Assembly: GCA_031266855.1 (NCBI GenBank)
Contig: JAISAF010000178.1
Location: 1 to 32,964 of the forward strand
DNA from: Spirochaetales bacterium
Lineage (GTDB): Bacteria; Spirochaetota; Spirochaetia; DTKZ01
DNA length: 32,964 nt
Reading direction: 5' to 3'
The notes under the pieces are model-generated. The model did not search any database, was not told the origin of the DNA, and was given only the letters and a program-made list of their open reading frames with translations. Below are positions 1 through 6,135 of this stretch, one piece after another; positions within the stretch are counted from its first letter, which is position 1, and each line of letters starts with the position of its first letter. The position numbers and the translations under genes were made by a program.

Positions 1-1
1 C

Positions 2-238
2 ATTCTGCGCCTGGTCCGCATGGCGCGGAAAAGCCTGCCGAAAATACAATCCCCTGTGCTGGTAATCGTATCCGAAAAGGACGGCACTGTGCCCGTGGAG
101 GCCGCGGATTTTCTTGAACGGAAAATGACCGCCGCCCGTGTAAGCCGCTTCGTTTTGAAGGAATCAAACCATATCGTCCTTGACGGCTGCGAGCGGGAAA
201 AAGCCGCTGGAGAAATTATCCGCTGGCTGCGCGAATAA
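2..238 (+). CDS. alpha/beta-fold hydrolase (esterase/lipase type), C-terminal fragment; 5' end lies outside the window
   Basis: The frame is open from the window edge to TAA at 236-238. The tail SPVLVIVSEKDGTVP...ESNHIVLDGCERE resembles the Asp/His-bearing C-terminus of carboxylesterase or monoacylglycerol-lipase-like hydrolases. Confidence 0.6.
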   Translation: MLRLVRMARKSLPKIQSPVLVIVSEKDGTVPVEAADFLERKMTAARVSRFVLKESNHIVLDGCEREKAAGEIIRWLRE

Positions 239-334
239 ACCAGACGCGAAGGTTTTATTCCGTTAAGCAGGTTTACTCCCCCGCCCCCTGGACTAAACTT
301 AACCCGCAATTTGGGAGAGAATTAGACTACCGCA

Positions 335-430
335 AAGAAAAATTTACCGCGAAGCCGGAAAAGTAAGAGTAAGTTGAATGAAAACTTTCCTGACTTCTTC
401 GACTTCGCGGTTAAAATTCTGTTTTTTTTT
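335..430. repeat. short dispersed repeat with imperfect terminal inverted arms (family C, copy 1)
   Basis: The arm core TTACCGCGAAG (about 344-354) is inverted at CTTCGCGGTTA (403-413). The whole unit, including the inner AAGTAAGAGTAAGTTGAATGAAAA segment, recurs reverse-complemented at 3738-3910. Confidence 0.55.
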
Positions 431-562
431 GGACTGCCGCTACTTGACATTTTTCCGAAACTGTGTTTTACTTACCGGCAGGGTAACATGAAATGATTAT
501 TTCCAGTATTTTTACAGCATTACCTTCTTTTGCCCATAACTTTCTGGGTTATACCCAATTTA

Positions 563-582
563 CCCCCCCCCCCCCCCCCCCC
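563..582. repeat. poly(C)20 homopolymer (poly-G on the minus strand)
   Basis: I counted 20 consecutive C directly in the sequence. The tract is in non-coding DNA about 320 nt upstream of the ATG at 903. Confidence 0.95.
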
Positions 583-902
583 GTGCAATGTAATTTTATA
601 TAATAAAACTGCTCAAATAAATAAAAATCAGAAAAATAAATCTCTTCTTTTCAGGAATTCTTTTCCCGCGCGCTTATATTCTCCCAAACATTTGCGCTTT
701 CCCCTGTACTGTACGCGCCGTTTTGTAAACGGCCCATAAAAGTTTTCTCTTTTTAATTTTTTCTACAAAATAAATTATGCTTCGCCTCAATAAAAAAGGA
801 ATACTGTCAGTAGGCCTGGGCGGAGCTTTTTAAAAAAAATATGCGCGGCCTTCCCTGTATTTTTTCTCAGGCTCAGGGCCGTCCGATTGAGGAGTACATT
901 AA

Positions 903-2876
903 ATGAAAAAAATCCGAACCCTTTTTTGTCTTTTCATCATTGCGGCAATAGCCTTCACCGCCTGTTCCATGGGCGGCGATGATGATGATACGCCTCCGAA
1001 TACCCTTCCGCCAACTTCCACAACTGTAGGCGGAACGTCCTCCGGCAGCGTTACGCTTCCATCCCCGGCGGACGTAAGCAGTTCGCCTGATATTCAATCC
1101 CAGCCTGATACGGATAAAGGATTTTCTGTTGAAATAAAATTCTCCTTATCCGGCGGCGCCTGTCAGGTGGAACTGATAATAGGCGGCAAACCATACACCC
1201 TGATCCGCGTTTCCGCAGAGAACAACACCACCTTTGCCGGAACCTGGAAACTGACGGACAGCGGCGATGATATTGAATTAACGTTTGGCGGGGATGGAAA
1301 TTATACAATGGACTATACGCTTGCATATATTCCTATTGAAACAGCCGCGCAGTTTCAGAAAATCGGCCCTGACTATCCCCTGAGCGGGAACTATGAGCTT
1401 ACCGCCAATATTATCCTGCCTTCCGGCTGGACGCCCATAGGGAATGGAACCCAGCCCTTTACCGGAACCTTCGATGGTAAGGGATACAGCATAACTATAA
1501 GCAGCTTTCCTTCCGACGGGATTAATATTTCATCCGCTCCGGGCCTGGAAGATTTTTTAGATATGATAAGCGGGTGGTACAGCGATAGCGGCGGTATCAT
1601 CGCCAGGGGTTTATTTGCCTGTGTTAAAGACGCCGTCATAGAAAATCTGGATATTACGGTAAACTCCTCAGTCGCAATGACTCACACAGCGGCGCAGCAG
1701 GTACAGCTTTTTGGAACTGTCGCCGCTGCCGCCGTAAACACGGCATTTACAGACATAAACATCTCCTCCGGCGGGGTATTGAGTGTGAATGTCACATCCG
1801 GGGGTGACGCAATTTATATAGGCGGCATTGCGGGTCTACTGCTGGAAGGAAGCTCCATAAGCGGCTGCACCGTTGATGTAAAAATACAGGCCGGTTTGGG
1901 CAGTGCCGGGGTTTCCGCTGTCGGAGGGGCGGTGGGAGGCCTGTTTGGAAACGGCGGCATCACGGACTGCTCCGTTGTAAAGGATGTGGAAGTCTCCGGC
2001 GGAAATCATAATAGTATAGGCGGACTGGCAGGCGATACTGACGGGCCTGTTATAAACAGTTTCGTAAGCGGCAATGTAAGTGTTACATCCGCGTATATCG
2101 ACAGTCAAGTGGGCGGCCTGATCGGTAACCATGCGGGGAGTATAGAAAACTGTCATGTTACCGGAAATGTAAGTGTCCGGTATACAGGTACCGGCGAAGC
2201 CGACATAAGGGCCGGAGGGCTTACGGGATCGACAGGAAACTTTGATGACGACTATACTGTTGCAAGTATAAAGAAAAGTTACTCCACTGGAAATGTAAGC
2301 GCTGTAAGTGATTCCTCCGACACAGAAAGCGAGATCAAGGCCGGCGGCATATCGACAAACATCTGGCGCAAGGCTGAGATTTTTGACTGTTATTCCACCG
2401 GAAATGTTTCCGCCAGCGGAGTGGGCGACGTCAACGCCGGCGGTATCGTGAGCGGCCTCAGTGCTCAGAATAATGTCACCATTACCATAACGCGCTGTTA
2501 CGCATCGGGAAATATCAGTGCCACTGGTTCCAGCTACAATAAAAGCGCGGGGGGCATAGCGGGGTCCGCTTATAAGTCGGGCGGCAGCGGCAGCATCACC
2601 GGCTGCGCAGCCCTGTCCGGGTCCATTACCTGTGAGGGGAGCGGTACGGCTAAACGCATTGTGGGGAATAATAATAGTGGTTTTTCCCTGAGTTATAACA
2701 TTGCCGACAACGCCATGAGCGGTACATGGACGGATAAAGGCCTCACCGGGAAAGACGGCGCGGACAGTACAAACAGCCCGCCCACAAAAGACGAGTATGA
2801 GACCCTCGGCTGGGATTTCAGCACCGTATGGAAAATGGAAGGCAGCCCGTCCCGCCCCGTGCTGCAATGGCAGTAA
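903..2876 (+). CDS. GLUG-motif / beta-helix repeat surface lipoprotein
   Basis: GAGGAG lies 8 nt upstream of the ATG. There is a signal peptide with lipobox (IAFTAC at the end of MKKIRTLFCLFIIAAIAFTAC), then a Ser/Thr/Pro linker. The segment YELTANIILPSGWTPIGNGTQPFTGTFDGKGYSI is typical of GLUG-family proteins. Many GG(I/L)(A/I/T)G and (S/T)GNVS repeat units follow, and the C-terminus has a WDFSTVWKM motif. Confidence 0.85.
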   Translation: MKKIRTLFCLFIIAAIAFTACSMGGDDDDTPPNTLPPTSTTVGGTSSGSVTLPSPADVSSSPDIQSQPDTDKGFSVEIKFSLSGGACQVELIIGGKPYTLIRVSAENNTTFAGTWKLTDSGDDIELTFGGDGNYTMDYTLAYIPIETAAQFQKIGPDYPLSGNYELTANIILPSGWTPIGNGTQPFTGTFDGKGYSITISSFPSDGINISSAPGLEDFLDMISGWYSDSGGIIARGLFACVKDAVIENLDITVNSSVAMTHTAAQQVQLFGTVAAAAVNTAFTDINISSGGVLSVNVTSGGDAIYIGGIAGLLLEGSSISGCTVDVKIQAGLGSAGVSAVGGAVGGLFGNGGITDCSVVKDVEVSGGNHNSIGGLAGDTDGPVINSFVSGNVSVTSAYIDSQVGGLIGNHAGSIENCHVTGNVSVRYTGTGEADIRAGGLTGSTGNFDDDYTVASIKKSYSTGNVSAVSDSSDTESEIKAGGISTNIWRKAEIFDCYSTGNVSASGVGDVNAGGIVSGLSAQNNVTITITRCYASGNISATGSSYNKSAGGIAGSAYKSGGSGSITGCAALSGSITCEGSGTAKRIVGNNNSGFSLSYNIADNAMSGTWTDKGLTGKDGADSTNSPPTKDEYETLGWDFSTVWKMEGSPSRPVLQWQ

Positions 2877-2932
2877 ACGGCAACTTTGGAACCGGGTCAC
2901 GGAATTGCACATAACGTAGTTCCAGTATAAAA

Positions 2933-3000
2933 TATATTATGCGCAATTTGTTATACAAATTGCGCATAATATACCCGCTTTTGCGGCATCGCCGCAAAAG
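2933..3000. repeat. pair of perfect hairpin palindromes (19-bp stem with 3-nt loop, then 10-bp stem with 3-nt loop)
   Basis: TATATTATGCGCAATTTGT (2933-2951) pairs with ACAAATTGCGCATAATATA (2955-2973). CTTTTGCGGC (2978-2987) pairs with GCCGCAAAAG (2991-3000). No U-run follows either hairpin. Confidence 0.9.
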
Positions 3001-3086
3001 ATGCGTCAAAATTCCGAATTACAAATGGTTTTTTGAACAGGCTCTAAGACTGTTAAAAGTAAGACTGCCATAAGGAGATACCATGA

Positions 3087-3725
3087 ATGAAAAACGCCGC
3101 GCGATATTCCGCCTTCTGTTTGCTTTTAGTGTTTTTCTCAATATCATTTTGTTATGCGCAACAGGATGGTTCGCGAACCGCGATTCCCGATCCCAAAGCC
3201 TCGTCCGCGAACTCAAACGAAATCTTGAGCAGTTTGAGAAACAGCTTGCGGGAAGCCTTGATCGAGCTGGAAGCCTCCGCGACAAGATACAATCAGTTAT
3301 GGACACAAGCGCAGGAACTTACCACGCGGTTGACACAAGCCTTGACATCGCAGAAGACCTTGGAAGAATCGTTGAAAATCTCGGCAGAGCAATTGACCGA
3401 AGCGCGGAACGAACGGATCAGCTTAGAGGAGAAATCGCGGCAGCTCGCCAGCGAATTGAGGAAAGCCTTGAAGGAATCGGACGAATCCAGGAAACGGGCG
3501 GAAGAAGCGCGGCTTCTTATAACGAAATTAGAAGCAGACTTGAACGCGGCATCCGGGATATCGACCGGTTTCTTGCGGCCAGCCCTGAATGAACTTGAAG
3601 AATCAGTAAAAAAAGACGCGCAAAAGATTCAGTCCCTTACCCTGCAAAGAAACCTCGCCCTCGGCGGCTGCGCCCTCTTTGCCCTCGGCAGTCTTGCCCT
3701 TGGAGTACACGCCCTTATCCGGTAA
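3087..3725 (+). CDS. secreted or membrane-anchored coiled-coil protein (N-terminal signal peptide, C-terminal TM helix)
   Basis: AAGGAG at 3072-3077. The N-terminus is MKNAARYSAFCLLLVFFSISFCYAQQ, followed by a long heptad-like E/K/L/A-rich region and a C-terminal hydrophobic helix (LALGGCALFALGSLALGVHALI). An alternative overlapping frame starts at 3083 (see findings). Confidence 0.65.
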   Translation: MKNAARYSAFCLLLVFFSISFCYAQQDGSRTAIPDPKASSANSNEILSSLRNSLREALIELEASATRYNQLWTQAQELTTRLTQALTSQKTLEESLKISAEQLTEARNERISLEEKSRQLASELRKALKESDESRKRAEEARLLITKLEADLNAASGISTGFLRPALNELEESVKKDAQKIQSLTLQRNLALGGCALFALGSLALGVHALIR

Positions 3726-3737
3726 TTTTTTGCACTT

Positions 3738-3910
3738 ACAGAATTTTTACCGCTAAGTCGAAAAAGTCGAAGACAAGTCTTTAAGAAACCGCCCGGCACA
3801 GGCTCCGCCTGCGCCGTCGGGTTAGAAGCACTAAAAACTTTTCATTCTTATACTTATTTTACTTCTTTGACTTTGCCCGTCTTCGACTTCGCGGTTAGAT
3901 TTTCTTTCTG
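3738..3910. repeat. family C repeat, copy 2 (reverse orientation relative to 335-430, with an insertion of about 70 nt)
   Basis: TTACCGCTAAGTCGAA (3748-3763) is inverted at CTTCGACTTCGCGGTTA (3881-3897). The inner AAAACTTTTCATTCTTATACTTATTTTACTTC is the reverse complement of the inner segment of copy 1. The extra segment (about 3788-3822) forms its own imperfect GC hairpin. Confidence 0.55.
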
Positions 3911-3930
3911 ATTGCCGCTGGTGCGTGCGC

Positions 3931-4033
3931 GAGGGATTGTAGCGGAAAGCCCACAGGATTTGCATTGGCAAATCCGAGGACTTGGAGCGGAAAGCCCGGT
4001 TTTTTTGCCCGCGGGCGGGCAAAAAAACGCGCC
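3931..4033. repeat. family A repeat arm, solo copy (GCGGAAAGCCC x2 flanking an 8-bp hairpin, then a T-run/GC-stem/A-run hairpin)
   Basis: Positions 3931-4006 are about 95% identical to 14713-14788 and 22024-22098. Hairpins: GGATTTGC/GCAAATCC at 3956-3975 and TTTTTTTGCCCG/CGGGCAAAAAAA at 4000-4027. Confidence 0.85.
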
Positions 4034-4305
4034 ATTTTTGTGAGGGTACGCTATATATAGCGCCGCTTGCATTCTGTCGACACTATGGGTACTTTGTGGA
4101 ATAATTTCTTCCCACTTTAATTTTGGTGCTTTTCGGCTTTTTCTGTATGAAATTTCAGGTTTTTTTTCGATCTGAGAGCGGATTTTTGCCGGGAGCCGGT
4201 TTTTTACTTAACAAATGTAGGCTAGTATGGGTAATTTTACTTAACATAAGCGGGGGTATCGTGAAGAAATTTTCAAAATGTAGACAGAATTTTTTTATCC
4301 CCGGA

Positions 4306-4334
4306 TTGACTTTGAGAGTGAACTTAATTATAGT
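4306..4334 (+). promoter_or_regulatory. candidate sigma-70 promoter of the mraZ (dcw) operon
   Basis: TTGACT (4306-4311), a 17-nt spacer, then TATAGT (4329-4334), located 60 nt upstream of the mraZ ATG. Confidence 0.45.
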
Positions 4335-4340
4335 AACAAA

Positions 4341-4384
4341 GAGTGAAAAAAGTGGGAAAAAGTGGTTTTTTTAGGGAAGTGAAC
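4341..4384 (+). promoter_or_regulatory. candidate MraZ operator: direct AGTG(A/G) boxes at about 10-bp spacing
   Basis: The boxes are GAGTGAAAAA, AGTGGGAAAA and AGTGGTTTTT, with GTG at 4343, 4352 and 4362. A fourth box, AAGTGAAC, is at 4378. They sit between the predicted -10 element and the mraZ start. The pattern resembles the GTGGG / AAAGTG(G/T) repeats reported as MraZ binding sites. Confidence 0.5.
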
Positions 4385-4394
4385 GGGTAGCGGG

Positions 4395-4841
4395 ATGTTG
4401 ACGGGTGAATTCGGTATTACGATGGATGATAAGGGGCGGCTTTTGATACCGGCCAAGATGCGTTCGCAAATTGCCGGGAATATTGTGTGGGCGACGAAGG
4501 GGCCTGACGAGAATCTGTGGCTGTATACGCCGGAGGAGTGGGAGATTTTTTCGTCCAAGGTTATGAGTAATATGTCGCCGTTTAGCGAGGAAGACCGGGA
4601 AACCTACCGCAGCATTATCGCGCCGTCGCAGGAGCTGGAGATTGACAGGGTGGGGCGGGTTCTGATTCCGCCTTCCTTGAAGGCTCATGCGGATTTGAGA
4701 AAGGAAGTCCTCATCCTGGGGGTCATTAAATTTATTGAAGTCTGGGATGCTGAAAAATATGCGTTGCATAGCAGGGAGACGAAGGAAAGGGGAGTCTACA
4801 AGGATAACCAGAAGAAGCTGAGGGAACGGATTTTCTTCTAA
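4395..4841 (+). CDS. mraZ: transcriptional regulator MraZ
   Basis: MLTGEFGITMDDKGRLLIPAKMR plus a second DRVGRVLIPPSL half-domain give the duplicated SpoVT/AbrB-like DxxGR motifs. It is the first gene of the dcw cluster. Confidence 0.9.
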   Translation: MLTGEFGITMDDKGRLLIPAKMRSQIAGNIVWATKGPDENLWLYTPEEWEIFSSKVMSNMSPFSEEDRETYRSIIAPSQELEIDRVGRVLIPPSLKAHADLRKEVLILGVIKFIEVWDAEKYALHSRETKERGVYKDNQKKLRERIFF

Positions 4842-4864
4842 AAAACTGGGAAATTTTAGAGGGT

Positions 4865-5776
4865 ATGATGGAAATTGTTCACACGTCTGTTATGAAAGAG
4901 GAGGCTTTGCAGTATTTGCGGCCGGATGACGGGGATACGCTTCTTCTGGATGGTACTTTGGGTGAGGGAGGGCACTGCGAGGCTTTTCTTTCCCGTTTTC
5001 CGCGGCTGCGGGCTGTGGGGGTGGATGCGGATCCGCTTATTCTGGAGCGGGCCTGTCTGCGTCTGCGGCCCTATGGTGAGCGGTTCAAGGGGTTTCATGC
5101 CTGGACTGATGAGTTCCTGCGTGATTATCCTCTGGATGAACGGCCTGACCGGATTCTGCTGGATTTGGGTATTTCGGTGTTTCATTACAGCCGGTCGGGC
5201 CGGGGCTTCAGTTTTGGCGCTGATGAACCTCTGGATATGAGGCTGTGCTCTTCGGGGGGGGAGAGCGCCGCCGATATTCTTGCTTCGCGGGATGAAAAAA
5301 CCCTTGCTGACATTTTCTTTACGCTGGGCGGGGAGAGATATTCGCGGCGTATCGCGCGCGGGGTTGTGCGGAGGCGGGTGGAAAAACACATTGGGATCGC
5401 GAAGGATTTCGCGGAAATTGTCTGGAAGGCTGTGCCCGCTTCCTACAGGTATGGGCGGCTGCATCCGGCGACGCGCTGTTTTCTGGCTCTCAGGATTGCT
5501 GTAAACCTGGAGCTGGAAAGGCTGGACCGGATGCTGCCGGCGGCCCTGGATATTCTGCCGGAGGGCGGGAGGCTGGGCGTTATCTGCTTTCATTCGCTGG
5601 AGGACGGGCGCGTGAAGCGGTATTTCCGGGAAAAGGCGTCGGAGGGCTTGTGCCGTCTTGTTACGCGTAAGGCCGTTATGCCTTCTGCGGAGGAGTGTGA
5701 AGGCAATCCTCCTTCGCGCAGTGCGCGTTTGCGGGTGGCGGAGAAGACCGCCGCCGGCGGGGAGGGCGTGGCGTGA
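4865..5776 (+). CDS. rsmH: 16S rRNA (cytosine1402-N4)-methyltransferase RsmH (MraW)
   Basis: Motifs HTSVMKEEAL, DGTLGEGGH, FHSLEDGRVK and PSRSARLRV, with conserved synteny after mraZ. Confidence 0.9.
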   Translation: MMEIVHTSVMKEEALQYLRPDDGDTLLLDGTLGEGGHCEAFLSRFPRLRAVGVDADPLILERACLRLRPYGERFKGFHAWTDEFLRDYPLDERPDRILLDLGISVFHYSRSGRGFSFGADEPLDMRLCSSGGESAADILASRDEKTLADIFFTLGGERYSRRIARGVVRRRVEKHIGIAKDFAEIVWKAVPASYRYGRLHPATRCFLALRIAVNLELERLDRMLPAALDILPEGGRLGVICFHSLEDGRVKRYFREKASEGLCRLVTRKAVMPSAEECEGNPPSRSARLRVAEKTAAGGEGVA

Positions 5777-6135
5777 GTATTTTTGTGCGGCTAAAAAGGG
5801 TCGGGATTGTTATTGCTATTGTCCTTATTCCGCTTTTATTTTTCGCGAATGTATGGCAGTCCTTTCGTTATTCATCGCTCCAGCGGGAGATTGCCCGGCT
5901 GGAGGCGGAGCAGCGGGATCTTCTGGAAAAAAATAAGCGTAATATAGCCGGTATTTCAGTGCTGGAGTCGCCGGAGCGTATCGATTCCCTGAGCCGGGAA
6001 GAACTGGGGCTGTCGCGGCCCGGCGTGGAGAGTTTTATTACGATTCGTCCGCCCCGCGGCGAAACGCGGCCCGCGGGGGAGGCGGACGCTGGCGTCGGCG
6101 CTGGCGGGGGCACTGGTGAGGCTGCCGATGAGTGA
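5773..6135 (+). CDS. ftsL: cell division protein FtsL-like (single TM helix plus short coiled coil)
   Basis: The GTG start overlaps the rsmH stop (GTGA). There is an N-terminal TM helix (VGIVIAIVLIPLLFF), then LQREIARLEAEQRDLLEKNK. It occupies the position between rsmH and the mur genes. Confidence 0.6.
   Translation: MSIFVRLKRVGIVIAIVLIPLLFFANVWQSFRYSSLQREIARLEAEQRDLLEKNKRNIAGISVLESPERIDSLSREELGLSRPGVESFITIRPPRGETRPAGEADAGVGAGGGTGEAADE

Noticed and set aside
530-739. 69-aa ORF with a PPPPPPP run. Also other small ORFs in non-coding leaders, such as 4123-4374.
   Set aside because: The proline run is just the poly(C) tract translated. There is no ribosome-binding site and the composition is AT-rich and non-coding.
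2917-2973. A dif-like Xer site. GCGCATAA resembles the XerC arm of E. coli dif, and AGTTCCAGTAT-N8-TTATGCGCAAT loosely resembles Bacillus dif. GCGCATAA / TTATGCGC also recur at 14485-14513, 14544-14552 and 14595-14603.
   Set aside because: The two candidate arms are not inverted versions of each other. The spacing is 8 rather than 6. In the large palindrome the ATAA ends face outward, not toward a central region. The right arm matches the conserved XerD half-site at only about 7 of 11 positions. A whole-genome dif prediction is needed.
335-3910. Family C as an invertible (inverton-type) promoter switch, because the inner segment is reversed between the two loci while some flanking bases (GA(C/T)TGCCGCT) align in the same orientation.
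   Set aside because: The arms are themselves inverted repeats, so a whole-element inversion explains the data. The flank match in the same orientation is only about 10 nt and belongs to another recurrent cassette (ATTGCCGCTGG, also at 14463-14473). No clear promoter lies inside, and there is no adjacent invertase.
3931-4033. The T-run/GC-stem/A-run hairpins of the repeat arms (4000-4027, 14331-14353, 14783-14801, 21769-21787, 22094-22130, 31336-31358) as rho-independent, possibly bidirectional, terminators.
   Set aside because: On either strand the T-run comes before the stem and the A-run after it, and they pair with each other. No transcript would have the required 3' U-tract after the hairpin. 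A role in 3' end protection remains possible but is not shown.
5254-5261. G8 run inside rsmH, and C8/C7 runs inside the sigma-54 activator gene (27731-27738) and cmk/rpsA (25115-25121), as possible frameshift switches.
   Set aside because: These are short runs encoding Gly-Gly or Pro-Pro in essential or conserved genes, and the frames are intact. Nothing suggests programmed variation.
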